A stretch of 64,000 nt of DNA from an uncultured Halanaerobiaceae bacterium (lineage in GTDB: Bacteria > Bacillota > Halanaerobiia > Halanaerobiales > Halarsenatibacteraceae). The DNA is taken from contig CAZVMQ010000001.1 in NCBI GenBank assembly GCA_964628755.1, positions 28,628-92,627 of the forward strand. The letters run 5' to 3'. The notes below the pieces were generated by a model. The model was given only the letters and a program-made list of their open reading frames with translations, was not told the DNA's origin and did not search any database. Positions 20,116-30,131 of the stretch are shown here, one piece after another. The first letter of the stretch is position 1. Every line of letters starts with the position of its first letter. Made by a program: the position numbers and the translations under genes.

Positions 20116-20997
20116 GTGGCAGATGAAAAAATCATGGAGGGAATAGTAACGGAAACAATTGGAGGCTTTTTTTATGTTGCAGATAACAACAGAGAGATTC
20201 ATCAATGTCGTATCAGGGGAAAAGTTCAGGAAACAATTTATCCCGGTGATAAAGTTAGAATTGAGGACAAAATGATCGAAGAGCTGATCGAGCGGGAAAA
20301 TCTGCTGCCCCGACCAAAAGTTGCCAATGTTTCTGCTGTCAATATAATGTTTTCAGTAAATCAGCCTGAAATAAATTTTAACATGATAGATAGATTTCTG
20401 CTTTTAATTGAAAGAGAAGGATTTAACCCTGTAATATTTATCAACAAACTGGATCTCGAACCAAACTTTGCAGAGGAAAAAAATAAGAAACTTGCTGCTT
20501 ACGAAAAGGCAGGCTACTCTATATTTATTTTTAGTGTAAAAGAACAGACTAATTTACGCCAGGTGGAAAAATCTCTGCAGCGGGGAATAAATGTGATGGC
20601 AGGTCCTTCTGGAGTGGGAAAGACAGCTTTAATAAATAAGCTGGTACCAGAAGCAGATTTGGAGCTGGGGGATATTAGCGAAAAGTTAGGTAGAGGCACC
20701 CATACCACCAGACAGGTTAAACTACTCCCCCTGAAAAAAGGAGGATGGGTGGCGGATACTCCTGGTTTTACTTCTCTTTCTCTGGAAAATCTTTTTCCAG
20801 AAGAAGTAAAATTGTGCTTTCCGGAATTTGCAGAATATCGCAATTCGTGTCATTTCAGCTCCTGTTCTCATACACATGAACCTGATTGTGCTGTGAAAAA
20901 AGCAGTAGCGGCAGGAGAAATTGCTGAGTTTCGCTATGAATCTTATTGTGAACTTTTGGAAATCGTTCAGGAAAAAGGAGGACCGGATTATGGCTAA
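20116..20997 (+). CDS. rsgA: Ribosome small-subunit-dependent GTPase A (start uncertain: GTG 20116 or ATG 20134)
   Basis: Circularly permuted GTPase with NKLD, GPSGVGKT, RGTHTT and DTPG; C-terminal zinc motif CHFSSCSHTHEPDC. Confidence 0.95.
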   Translation: MADEKIMEGIVTETIGGFFYVADNNREIHQCRIRGKVQETIYPGDKVRIEDKMIEELIERENLLPRPKVANVSAVNIMFSVNQPEINFNMIDRFLLLIEREGFNPVIFINKLDLEPNFAEEKNKKLAAYEKAGYSIFIFSVKEQTNLRQVEKSLQRGINVMAGPSGVGKTALINKLVPEADLELGDISEKLGRGTHTTRQVKLLPLKKGGWVADTPGFTSLSLENLFPEEVKLCFPEFAEYRNSCHFSSCSHTHEPDCAVKKAVAAGEIAEFRYESYCELLEIVQEKGGPDYG

Positions 20998-21643
20998 ATT
21001 AGCACCTTCGCTTTTGGCGGCAGATTTTACAAAATTAAAAGACCAGGTTTCTCAAATCTCCGGAGCAGATATGCTCCATCTCGACGTTATGGATGGCAAT
21101 TTTGTTCCCAATATTTCTTTCGGTCCGGATATCATCAGCGATATTAGAACAATAAGTGATCTTATTTTCGATACACATTTAATGATATCAAATCCGGCTA
21201 AATATATTGATACTTTCGCTGAAGCAGGAAGTGATATCATAACTTTTCATGAGGAAGCAACCAATCATAGTCACAGAGTAATCCAGAAGATCAAAAATGC
21301 TAATTGTCAGGCGGGTATTTCTTTGAATCCTAATACCCCATTAACTAATATTGAATATTTAATTCCAGAGCTTGATTTAATACTAATTATGTCCGTGAAT
21401 CCAGGATTTGGCGGCCAGAAATTTATACCTGTTATCAAAGACAAAATAACACGTACCAAAGGTTTACTGGAAAAGTATGATAGTTCTGCCAGTATTGCAG
21501 TAGATGGTGGTATAAACCAGGAAAATGTAAATAGCATTATCAGAGCTGGAGCAGATATAATAGTGGCAGGTTCAGCTATTTTTGGTAGTGATGATCCTAA
21601 AAGTGCAGTTGAGGAATTTAAAACTGCAATGGCTGATAAATAA
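20990..21643 (+). CDS. rpe: Ribulose-phosphate 3-epimerase
   Basis: APSLLAADF, HLDVMDGNFVPN, MSVNPGFGGQ and VDGG motifs; ATG behind AGGAGG. Confidence 0.97.
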   Translation: MAKLAPSLLAADFTKLKDQVSQISGADMLHLDVMDGNFVPNISFGPDIISDIRTISDLIFDTHLMISNPAKYIDTFAEAGSDIITFHEEATNHSHRVIQKIKNANCQAGISLNPNTPLTNIEYLIPELDLILIMSVNPGFGGQKFIPVIKDKITRTKGLLEKYDSSASIAVDGGINQENVNSIIRAGADIIVAGSAIFGSDDPKSAVEEFKTAMADK

Positions 21644-21662
21644 ATTTACAGAATTAATCTTC

Positions 21663-21691
21663 TTTACAGATAACTGTTAGTATGATAAACT
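21663..21691 (+). promoter_or_regulatory. Putative sigma-A promoter of the rib operon
   Basis: TTTACA-17 nt-TAAACT with an extended -10 TG, about 50 nt upstream of the riboswitch. Confidence 0.5.
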
Positions 21692-21743
21692 ATATGAAGA
21701 CATCAAGGTTTTAATCTAAATACAGCAAAAAATTAAATAGGAT

Positions 21744-21857
21744 TGCTGACGGGGAGTGGTGAAATTCCATACCGGTGGTAAAAGTCCACGAGCCCACAAT
21801 GGGCAGATTTGGTGAAATTCCAAAACCGACAGTTATAGTCTGGATGAAAGTTGGCAG
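21744..21857 (+). ncRNA. FMN riboswitch (RFN element)
   Basis: GGTGAAATTCC occurs twice; ACCGGTGGT, CCGACAGT and AGTCTGGATGA are present; P1 is TGCTGAC/GTTGGCA; lies directly upstream of ribD. Confidence 0.96.
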
Positions 21858-21864
21858 GTATATT

Positions 21865-21897
21865 AAACCTTCCTTCCCGGGAAGGTTTTTGGTTTTT
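21865..21897 (+). terminator. Riboswitch expression-platform terminator
   Basis: AAACCTTCC-TTCCCG-GGAAGGTTT followed by T-rich sequence, between the aptamer and the ribD RBS. Confidence 0.8.
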
Positions 21898-21914
21898 AGA
21901 AAGGAGTATTATAT

Positions 21915-23060
21915 ATGGCCGAAGACTTTTCCAGCCTAGATACTAACAGCAATAAAAATGAGTTTTATATGAATAAAGCTATAAACTTAGCAAAAAGAGG
22001 GAAAGGTTTTACCAGCCCCAATCCTCTTGTAGGAGCGGTGATAGTAAAAGAAGGCAAAATTGTAGGGGAAGGTTATCATCCTGAATATGGCGATAGTCAT
22101 GCTGAAGTTTATGCCATCGAATCTGCCGGTCAAGAGGCTGAAGATGCTACAATGTTTGTGAACCTTGAACCCTGTAACCATCAGGGTAAAACACCGCCCT
22201 GCACAGAAAAAATAATTGAAGCCGGAATAAAGAAAGTTGTGATTGCTAACATTGACCCCAATCCCAGAGTAAACACGCGGGGATGTGAAGCTTTAAGAAA
22301 TCATAATGTACAGGTTGAGACCGGGGTGCTGGCTGAAAAAGGCCAAAAGCTTAATGAAGCTTTTTTTAAGTATATGAAAGAAAACAAACCATTTTTTGTT
22401 CAAAAAGCAGCTCAGACTCTCGATGGCTTTTTAGCAACCTCTCAGGGAGATTCCAGGTGGATAACCGGAGAAAAATCCCGGGCTTATGGTCATAAGCTTC
22501 GTCATGAACTTGATGCCGTTCTAATTGGCGGGAACACCCTGATAAGTGATAACCCACGATTAAATGTGAGAGATTATAAAGGGGAAAAAAGTCAGCCTAT
22601 CAGAATTATACTTGCAGGCGAGTCAGAGATTAACCCAGAAAATAAAATTTTTAACTCACAGGGCGGTAAAGTCCTGGTTTTTACAGAGGAAAAATCATCT
22701 GTAAATGCCAGAGAAAAATTAAAAAATGTTGATGATTCTGAAGTTATAGTTGTCGATAAAACTTCAAAGGGAGTTCTAAATTTATCACAAATTGCCGAAG
22801 TCCTCTATGATAGAAATATTATGAGTGTGCTGATCGAAGGAGGCGGCAAAATAAATCATTCTTTTCTGGAAGCTGGTTTGACCGATAAGTTTTACTTTTT
22901 TCTGGCCCCAAAACTTTTAGGGGGAAATGACGGTATTTCCGCTTTTAGTGGTAGAGCAGTCAAAAAAATTTCAGAGACTTTTTCCTTAAATGTTGAAAAG
23001 GTGGAGCAGCTGCAGAAGGACATTTTGATTACGGCTTATCCAGATGGTCAGGGTATTTAA
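21915..23060 (+). CDS. ribD: Riboflavin biosynthesis deaminase/reductase
   Basis: PNPLVGAV, HAEV, NLEPCNHQGKTPPC, DNPRL and IEGG motifs. Confidence 0.97.
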   Translation: MAEDFSSLDTNSNKNEFYMNKAINLAKRGKGFTSPNPLVGAVIVKEGKIVGEGYHPEYGDSHAEVYAIESAGQEAEDATMFVNLEPCNHQGKTPPCTEKIIEAGIKKVVIANIDPNPRVNTRGCEALRNHNVQVETGVLAEKGQKLNEAFFKYMKENKPFFVQKAAQTLDGFLATSQGDSRWITGEKSRAYGHKLRHELDAVLIGGNTLISDNPRLNVRDYKGEKSQPIRIILAGESEINPENKIFNSQGGKVLVFTEEKSSVNAREKLKNVDDSEVIVVDKTSKGVLNLSQIAEVLYDRNIMSVLIEGGGKINHSFLEAGLTDKFYFFLAPKLLGGNDGISAFSGRAVKKISETFSLNVEKVEQLQKDILITAYPDGQGI

Positions 23061-23082
23061 AAATGTTTGTGAGGTGAATATT

Positions 23083-23754
23083 TTGTTTACAGGTATCATA
23101 AGGGAGCTGGGCCGAATTGCTAATATATACCGCAGTGGTTCAAATTATCAGATCAAAATAGAAGCTAAGAAAGTGCTGCAGAACCTGAAAATCGGCGACA
23201 GTATTGCGGTTAATGGAGTTTGTTTAACCGTAGTTGATTTTGGTGAAAGCAGTTTTATAGCTGATGTTATGCCAGAAACTCTTAAACGCACAAATTTACG
23301 TGATTTAAATAGCGGAGATAAGGTCAATCTGGAACCATCTCTGGGGCCCGAAGATTTTTTTGATGGACATATAGTCACCGGACACATAGATGGAGTTGGC
23401 CAATTAACTAATATTGTCAAAGAAAAAAATGCCTGGTTGATAGATGTTGCCTATCCTGCTGATCTAAATCAGTATCTGGTAGAAAAAGGTTCTATTGCTG
23501 TTAACGGGATTAGTTTAACCCTGGTAAATGTGGAAAAAGATAAATTTAGAGTTTCTTTGATACCTGAAAGCTGGCGCTCTACAACCTTTCATTTATTAAA
23601 AACTGGAGCACAAATGAACCTGGAGACTGATATATTGGGCAAATATGTAGTTAAAACCGTAAAAAATTATCTCGCCACTGATAATAATCAAAATAATTTG
23701 CAGGGAGATAAAGGTTTGAGCAGAGAAGTTCTGCAAAAAAATAATTTTATATAA
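23083..23754 (+). CDS. ribE: Riboflavin synthase (alpha chain)
   Basis: (M)FTGII start at a TTG behind GAGGTG; GDSIAVNGVCLT, GHIVTGHIDG and KGSIAVNGISLT motifs. Confidence 0.96.
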   Translation: MFTGIIRELGRIANIYRSGSNYQIKIEAKKVLQNLKIGDSIAVNGVCLTVVDFGESSFIADVMPETLKRTNLRDLNSGDKVNLEPSLGPEDFFDGHIVTGHIDGVGQLTNIVKEKNAWLIDVAYPADLNQYLVEKGSIAVNGISLTLVNVEKDKFRVSLIPESWRSTTFHLLKTGAQMNLETDILGKYVVKTVKNYLATDNNQNNLQGDKGLSREVLQKNNFI

Positions 23755-23781
23755 TTTTTCTTGAGTAAAAGGAGGAAGATA

Positions 23782-25005
23782 ATGGATTCTATAGAACAGG
23801 CTATCGAAGATATTAAGAAAGGTGAAATGATTATAGTTGTTGATGATGAAGATAGGGAGAATGAAGGTGACCTGGTGATGTCGGCAGAAATGGCTACTAC
23901 GGAAAAGATTAATTTTATGATTAAAAAAGCCCGGGGGCTGGTTTGTGTCCCAATGGAAGAGGAGAGGTTAAATGAGCTAAATATACCTCTGATGACAGAA
24001 AATAATGAAGATCCTCATGAAACTGGTTTTACTGTTTCTGTGGATCATGTTTCGACCACCACGGGAATATCAGCCGAAGAGAGAGCTAAAACAATTAAAG
24101 AGCTTGTGAACCCTGAGAGTTCTCCAGAAGATTTTAACAGACCAGGACATATCTTTCCCTTAAAAGGTCGAAAAGGAGGAGTTTTACGAAGGGCCGGTCA
24201 TACTGAAGCCGCTATAGATCTAGCGCGTCTGGCTGGTCATAAACCGGCAGGTGTAATATGTGAGATAATTAAAGATGATGGTACTATGGCCCGCCTGCCG
24301 GATTTAGAAAAATTTGCTGATAAACATGATCTTAGTATTATCAGCATAGCTGATCTTATTAAATATCGAAAAACTAGAGAAAAGCTTATAAATTTAGAAG
24401 CAGAAGCTGATCTGCCCACTGATTATGGAGATTTTAAAATCCGGGTATATTCTACTATGGTTGATGAGCTTGAACATGTTGCTCTAATTAAAGGAGATGT
24501 GAAAGGCAAAGAAAACGTTCTGGCCAGAGTACACTCTGAATGTTTGACCGGGGATGTATTGGGCTCTCATCGCTGTGATTGTGGTCAGCAGCTGGATGAG
24601 GCTTTAAGAATGATCGCTGAAGAAGGAGAGGGAGTATTATTATACATGCGCCAGGAAGGAAGGGGGATTGGTCTGGCTAATAAAATCAAGGCTTATCATT
24701 TACAGGATGAAGGCCTGGATACCGTAGAAGCCAATATTGCTTTAGGCTTCCCTCCAGATCTACGTGATTATGGAATTGGAGCTCAAATGCTTCTGGACCT
24801 GGGGTTAAGTTCTATAAGGTTAATAACTAATAACCCTAAAAAATTAGTCGGTCTGGAAGGTTATGGTCTGGAAGTAACAGAAAGAGTGCCTATAGAGATA
24901 GATCCAAGCAGAGAAAATGCCTGTTATTTGCAGGTTAAAAAAGAAAAAATGGGACATTATTTATCTAACTTTGAGAACAATGATTGCCAGGAAAAAAGCA
25001 GTTAA
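23782..25005 (+). CDS. ribBA: Bifunctional DHBP synthase / GTP cyclohydrolase II
   Basis: [40 protein letters not shown] and TNNP motifs. Confidence 0.97.
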   Translation: MDSIEQAIEDIKKGEMIIVVDDEDRENEGDLVMSAEMATTEKINFMIKKARGLVCVPMEEERLNELNIPLMTENNEDPHETGFTVSVDHVSTTTGISAEERAKTIKELVNPESSPEDFNRPGHIFPLKGRKGGVLRRAGHTEAAIDLARLAGHKPAGVICEIIKDDGTMARLPDLEKFADKHDLSIISIADLIKYRKTREKLINLEAEADLPTDYGDFKIRVYSTMVDELEHVALIKGDVKGKENVLARVHSECLTGDVLGSHRCDCGQQLDEALRMIAEEGEGVLLYMRQEGRGIGLANKIKAYHLQDEGLDTVEANIALGFPPDLRDYGIGAQMLLDLGLSSIRLITNNPKKLVGLEGYGLEVTERVPIEIDPSRENACYLQVKKEKMGHYLSNFENNDCQEKSS

Positions 25006-25032
25006 AAAATTTAACAGGGGGTTTATTAAGAA

Positions 25033-25497
25033 ATGGCAAAAGTTATAGAAGGAGATCTAAAGGGCGATGGACTTAAAGTAGGTATAGTGATTTCCCGATA
25101 CAATGATTTTATAACCTCAAACTTATTGGAAGGCTCTAAGGATGCTCTAATTAGACATGGTGTATCAGAAGATGACCTTGAAATAGCCTGGGTACCGGGG
25201 GCTTTTGAAATTCCAATGGTTGCTGAAAAGATGGTTAATACCAGTAAATATGATGGGGTCATCTGCCTGGGCGCAGTTATTCGCGGGGATACTCCTCATT
25301 TTGAATACGTATCTTCAGAGGTTTCGAAAGGAATAGCAAAAATTGGTCTTGATGCGGATATACCGGTTACTTTTGGCATACTTACCACGGATACAATAGA
25401 ACAGGCTGTAGAAAGAGCGGGCACCAAAGCTGGTAATAAAGGGTTTGAAGCTGCTGTCAGCATGCTAGAAATGGCAAATCTATTTCGCGAATTTTAG
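25033..25497 (+). CDS. ribH: 6,7-dimethyl-8-ribityllumazine synthase
   Basis: [20 protein letters not shown] and [11 protein letters not shown] motifs. Confidence 0.97.
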   Translation: MAKVIEGDLKGDGLKVGIVISRYNDFITSNLLEGSKDALIRHGVSEDDLEIAWVPGAFEIPMVAEKMVNTSKYDGVICLGAVIRGDTPHFEYVSSEVSKGIAKIGLDADIPVTFGILTTDTIEQAVERAGTKAGNKGFEAAVSMLEMANLFREF

Positions 25498-25520
25498 TTG
25501 ATAATCAAACAATTAAAACA

Positions 25521-26213
25521 ATGACTGCCAAAAATCAGATCAGTTCAAAATATAATAGGGCCGCTATTTTTTTAAATGGTGAAATAAAAAGTCCCGCATA
25601 TTACAAAAATTTTTTGCATAAAAATTCTCAGTTTTTGTTGATTGCTGCTGATGGAGGGGCAGATTTCTTTTTGCAGAGAGGGTTATCCCCGGATTTTATT
25701 ATTGGTGATCTTGATTCTTTACAGTCTGAAGATATAAAATATTTACAGGATAAAGGAAGTGAGATAATTTCTTTCCCCCGGGAAAAGGATGAGACAGATG
25801 CTGAATTATGCCTGCAGTTCTGTCAGGAAAAAGATATCTGTGAAACAGTCTTATTTTCGGCTTTAGGGGGTAGAATAGATCAGCAGCTGGCCAATATTTT
25901 TTTACTGGAATATGCTCTTGAACTGAATATAGCCTGTAAGATTCTGGAATCAGATCTGGAAATAGGGCTGATCCCGGACAAAAAAGTATTTTTTGAGAGG
26001 AGAGGCTGGCACCTATCTTTGCTTCCTGTTGACTATCAGGTTAGAAATGTAAATATAACAGGCTGTAAATATAATGGAGAGGGTATAAAAATGAATAGAT
26101 TTTTAACCAGAGGTATAAGCAACAAAATCACATCTTCCCGGGCAGAGGTTAAAGTGGGTGAAGGAAAATTAATTTACATTATAAGAGCAAAGGGGGAGAA
26201 TTATGGAGAATAA
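25521..26213 (+). CDS. thiN: Thiamine pyrophosphokinase
   Basis: IAADGGA, IGDLDS, EKDETD, GGRIDQ and GISN motifs. Confidence 0.92.
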   Translation: MTAKNQISSKYNRAAIFLNGEIKSPAYYKNFLHKNSQFLLIAADGGADFFLQRGLSPDFIIGDLDSLQSEDIKYLQDKGSEIISFPREKDETDAELCLQFCQEKDICETVLFSALGGRIDQQLANIFLLEYALELNIACKILESDLEIGLIPDKKVFFERRGWHLSLLPVDYQVRNVNITGCKYNGEGIKMNRFLTRGISNKITSSRAEVKVGEGKLIYIIRAKGENYGE

Positions 26214-27438
26214 TAATGATATATACAAAAAAGCTCTGGAACTTCATGCCCAAAATAAAGGTAAAATTTCTGTAAATAGCAAAGTAAGAATTGAAAATTC
26301 TGATGATTTGAGTCTGGCCTATTCACCTGGGGTAGCAGAGCCCTGCCGGGAAATATCTGATGACCCGGAAAAAAGTTATCAATATACTTCCCGGGGCAAT
26401 ATGATTGCTGTGGTTTCTTCCGGCACTGCTGTTTTAGGTCTGGGGGACATTGGAGCCGAAGCTGCCCTGCCGGTTATGGAAGGAAAAGCAATTTTATTCA
26501 AAAAATTTGCCGGTCTGGATGCTTTTCCCGTATGCCTGGATACCCGGGACCCTGATAAAATTGTTGAGACTGTTAAGTTGTTAGCCCCAAACTTTGCCGG
26601 GATTAACCTGGAAGATATAGCTGCTCCGGAGTGTTTTTATATAGAGGAAAAGCTCAAAAAGGAAACAGATTTAGCCATTTTTCATGATGATCAGCACGGT
26701 ACAGCTATAGTTATTCTGGCGGGTCTATTTAATGCCCTTGATCTGACAGGCCAAAAACTAACAGAGAGTAAAATAATAATTAATGGGGCCGGTGCATCTG
26801 CAACTGCTACGGTTAAACTTCTTCGTCAGGCTGGTGTAAAAGGAGAAAATATAATTGTTTGTGATAGTACAGGAATTATATATGAAGGGCGAAAGGAAGG
26901 TATGAACGAAGCTAAAAAAGAATTAGCTGCCATAACTAATCCTGGCAAAATTTCTGGAGAACTGGATAGGGCAGTAGAGAAAGCAGATATATTCATTGGT
27001 TTATCGGTGGGGGGAGTTCTATCTGAAAATATGGTCAGGGATATGGCTGATGACCCAATAATTTTCGCCCTGGCCAATCCAGAACCTGAAATAAATCCAC
27101 AGTCTGCAGTAGAAGCCGGGGCAGAAATTATCGCTACTGGCAGGTCTGATTACCCCAATCAAATAAACAATGTGCTTGCTTTTCCCGGAGTATTGAGAGG
27201 AGCAATTTCTGTCAGGTCAGCGGAAATAAACAATGAGATGAAACTTGCTGCTGCCAGAGCAATCGCTAATCTGGTCAAGGAACCAACCTCAGAAAATATT
27301 ATTCCCGCTCCCTTTCAAAAGGGTATTGCAGGGGAAGTGGCAATTTCCGTTGCGGAAGCCGCCATGGAAACAGGGGTTGCCCAAAAAAACAGGTCCAGAG
27401 AAGACCTGCAAAATGAGTTTGCAGATATCACCTATTAA
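26203..27438 (+). CDS. NAD(P)-dependent malic enzyme
   Basis: AYSPGVA, GTAVLGLGDIG, VMEGK, INLEDI, HDDQHGTA and TGRSDYPNQINN motifs. Confidence 0.95.
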   Translation: MENNNDIYKKALELHAQNKGKISVNSKVRIENSDDLSLAYSPGVAEPCREISDDPEKSYQYTSRGNMIAVVSSGTAVLGLGDIGAEAALPVMEGKAILFKKFAGLDAFPVCLDTRDPDKIVETVKLLAPNFAGINLEDIAAPECFYIEEKLKKETDLAIFHDDQHGTAIVILAGLFNALDLTGQKLTESKIIINGAGASATATVKLLRQAGVKGENIIVCDSTGIIYEGRKEGMNEAKKELAAITNPGKISGELDRAVEKADIFIGLSVGGVLSENMVRDMADDPIIFALANPEPEINPQSAVEAGAEIIATGRSDYPNQINNVLAFPGVLRGAISVRSAEINNEMKLAAARAIANLVKEPTSENIIPAPFQKGIAGEVAISVAEAAMETGVAQKNRSREDLQNEFADITY

Positions 27439-27475
27439 AACCTCAAAACAAGCAAATTATTGATATACAGTAATA

Positions 27476-27513
27476 GAAAAGCCGGGGAAATTGAATTGAT
27501 TCCCCGGCTAAAA
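27476..27513. terminator. Terminator between the convergent malic enzyme and rpmB genes
   Basis: AGCCGGGGAA-10 nt-TTCCCCGGCT; a T-run follows on the minus (rpmB) strand. Confidence 0.75.
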
Positions 27514-27534
27514 TAATGATTTGATTTTGTTATA

Positions 27535-27765
27535 TTAATGGGCCTTTATAACTTTATTCGACTTTATACACTGGGTGCAGACTTTAACTTTTTGTTTTTT
27601 GCCATCAATCAGAGCATTAACCTTTTTTAGATTAGGCCGTTGTTTTCTGCCGGATTTTCCTGTTATATTTTTTCCGACTCCACCTTCTTTTTTGGCTTTA
27701 CCCCTGCGGGTAATGGAGTTTGCATTATTACTACCTTTGCCACAAATCTCACAGACTCTTGACAT
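27535..27765 (-). CDS. rpmB: 50S ribosomal protein L28
   Basis: MSRVCEICGK...PNL...VCTQCIKS zinc-ribbon L28; RBS AGGAGGTG; divergent from yloU as in Firmicutes. Confidence 0.95.
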   Translation of the reverse strand: MSRVCEICGKGSNNANSITRRGKAKKEGGVGKNITGKSGRKQRPNLKKVNALIDGKKQKVKVCTQCIKSNKVIKAH

Positions 27766-27832
27766 TATTTACACACCTCCTGACACGAATTTTATATTAA
27801 AAGGTTTGTCCTACTATTTGTGATTCTTTTTA

Positions 27833-27862
27833 ATTTTATCATATATGGCAGCAGGATGACAA
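27833..27862 (-). promoter_or_regulatory. Putative sigma-A promoter of rpmB
   Basis: Minus strand TTGTCA-18 nt-TAAAAT with TG. Confidence 0.5.
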
Positions 27863-27887
27863 GGAATTCCGGAAATTATTGCTGTAT

Positions 27888-27916
27888 TTGCATGTTATGT
27901 TTAATTATTATAGAAT
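27888..27916 (+). promoter_or_regulatory. Putative sigma-A promoter of the yloU-fakA operon
   Basis: TTGCAT-17 nt-TAGAAT. Confidence 0.5.
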
Positions 27917-27970
27917 AATATTGAATAAATATAGATTTTGACCTTATCAGCAACCTAAAGAGGTGAAAAA

Positions 27971-28336
27971 ATGGGTAAGATGTGGAATACTGAATATGGA
28001 AAAGTAATAATAGATAAAGAAGTTATAGCTAAAGTTGCAGGCCTGGCGGCAATGGAATGCTATGGCCTGGTAGGAATGGCTTCCCAAAATGTTCAGGATG
28101 GACTGGCTGATATGCTGGGCTGGGAAAACATGACAAAAGGTGTAAAAGTAGAAGTTGATGATGATACAGTGAGTTTAGAGCTGAATATCATTGTAGAGTT
28201 TGGCACTAATATTGCTCAGGTTGCTAATAATGCAATGAAAAGGGTGAGTTATATTATTCAAGATAAATTGGGGATTGAAGTAACAAAAGTAGATATAAAT
28301 GTTCAGGGAGTGAGAGTGGAAAATGAGGAATGGTAA
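27971..28336 (+). CDS. yloU: Asp23/Gls24-family protein (YloU)
   Basis: YGKVII..EVIA..AG.AAMECYGLVGM, IIVEFG and VQGV motifs; synteny with rpmB and the DAK2 gene. Confidence 0.9.
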   Translation: MGKMWNTEYGKVIIDKEVIAKVAGLAAMECYGLVGMASQNVQDGLADMLGWENMTKGVKVEVDDDTVSLELNIIVEFGTNIAQVANNAMKRVSYIIQDKLGIEVTKVDINVQGVRVENEEW

Positions 28337-30074
28337 GAAGTCAGGAGATAAGGTGAAATCTTTAGACGGTAAAAGCCTAAAAAAATTATTTAAGTTTGCT
28401 GCTAACCTTCTAGAAAAAAAGAAATCCATTATAGACTCATTAAATGTGTTTCCTGTTCCTGATGGGGATACAGGAACTAACATGCACCTCACGATGCAAA
28501 AAGCGCTAAAAGAAATCGAACAGGTTGAGTCAAATCATGCAGGGGAAATATGTCAGTCACTGTCAAAAGGTGCACTCATGGGAGCCCGGGGGAACTCCGG
28601 GGTTATTTTGTCCCAGTTATTAAGGGGGTTTGCTCAGGCTAATAAGGACAAAGAGATAATTGAGGCAGAGTCATTTGTTCAAGGTTTAAAAGAAGCTTCC
28701 AGAGTAGCTTATAAAGGAGTTTTAAAACCTGTTGAGGGTACTATCCTGACTGTTTCTCGTAAAGCTGCTGATGGGGCTGAAGAAGCCCTGGAAGAATCCA
28801 GCGATCTAATAAAGATTTTATCTCAGACCCATGAGGCGGCAGAAAAAGCGTTAAATAAAACCCCCGAGCAGCTTCCTGTTTTAAAAGAAGCTGATGTTGT
28901 TGATGCCGGGGGTCAGGGATATGTTTTTATAATTGAAGGAATGTTAAATGCTTTAAAAGGGGAGAAATTAGAGCCGGTAGGCGATACTGCTGAAAGATTA
29001 CAGGAATTTACAGAAAGCAAAGAAACCAGAGAGCTTGAATATAAATACTGCACTCAGCTGTTAGTTAATTTTACCAATGGTAATATCCAGCAGGACATAG
29101 AAAAGATTCGTTCTGATCTCAAAAATTATGGCAATTCTTTGATGGTGGTTGGTTCAGAAAATATCGTTAAAGTTCATATCCATACCAATCACCCTGGAGT
29201 AATACTGGAATATGCTTTAAAATTAGGTTCGCTGGAAAATATATCTATAGATAACATGGAAATTCAGCAGGAATCTCATGAAGACTTCGTGCAGGTGGAA
29301 AACCAGGAACAGATGACTGCATCCGGTATGTCTTTAGAAGCAGAGGAGGAAACTAAAGAAACTGGTTTGGAGACAGAACCGGACAATGTTAATTCTGAAA
29401 CTGCCCGATCCCAAAAAAGAGGCATAATTGCCATAGCAGCAGGTGATGGCATCAAAGACATTTTTGAGCAGTTAGGAGTTAATAAAGTTATACACGGGGG
29501 GCAGTCCATGAACCCCAGCACCAATGATATTTTATCTGCTTTAAATGATATTAACGCCCGAGAAATAATAATTTTTCCCAACAACAAGAACATTATTTCG
29601 GCTGCCCGACAGGCTGCAGAATTATGTGAGGATAAAAATATTGTGGTTATTCCTACTGAATCTTTCACAGAGGCTATAGCAGCCCTGATGTTATATAATC
29701 AGGAGGACGATTTGAAAGAGCTGACGGAGTCGATGAAAAAGGAAAAAGATACTGTTAAAACCATTGAAATTACCAGAGCCGTAAAAGATTCTAATGTTAA
29801 GGGACTTTGCATAAAAGAAGGTGAAGTTATTGGGCTGGTAAATGGTGATATAGTTACTAAGGGTGAGGATTACGAAAAGGTAGTTTTGGAGATTGTAGAA
29901 GAGGTAATGAATGATGAGAGTTTAATTACTATATATTATGGTGAGGAAGTACAGGAAAAAAATGCAGAAAAATTAAAACAGGATATCCAGGATAAATATA
30001 TAAATTCTCACAAAGAAATAGAGGTTTATCCCGGAGAGCAACCACTATATCCGTATGTAATATCATTAGAATAA
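28323..30074 (+). CDS. fakA: DAK2-domain fatty acid kinase catalytic subunit (YloV)
   Basis: LNVFPVPDGDTGTNM, GARGNSGVILSQ, PVEGTILTV, VVDAGG, KVHIHT and GGQSMNPS motifs. Confidence 0.93.
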   Translation: MRNGKKSGDKVKSLDGKSLKKLFKFAANLLEKKKSIIDSLNVFPVPDGDTGTNMHLTMQKALKEIEQVESNHAGEICQSLSKGALMGARGNSGVILSQLLRGFAQANKDKEIIEAESFVQGLKEASRVAYKGVLKPVEGTILTVSRKAADGAEEALEESSDLIKILSQTHEAAEKALNKTPEQLPVLKEADVVDAGGQGYVFIIEGMLNALKGEKLEPVGDTAERLQEFTESKETRELEYKYCTQLLVNFTNGNIQQDIEKIRSDLKNYGNSLMVVGSENIVKVHIHTNHPGVILEYALKLGSLENISIDNMEIQQESHEDFVQVENQEQMTASGMSLEAEEETKETGLETEPDNVNSETARSQKRGIIAIAAGDGIKDIFEQLGVNKVIHGGQSMNPSTNDILSALNDINAREIIIFPNNKNIISAARQAAELCEDKNIVVIPTESFTEAIAALMLYNQEDDLKELTESMKKEKDTVKTIEITRAVKDSNVKGLCIKEGEVIGLVNGDIVTKGEDYEKVVLEIVEEVMNDESLITIYYGEEVQEKNAEKLKQDIQDKYINSHKEIEVYPGEQPLYPYVISLE

Positions 30075-30131
30075 TTTTGATTTGTTTGAAGCTTTTTTAA
30101 AGAATAAACCAGTATAGGCGGTGAATAACCA

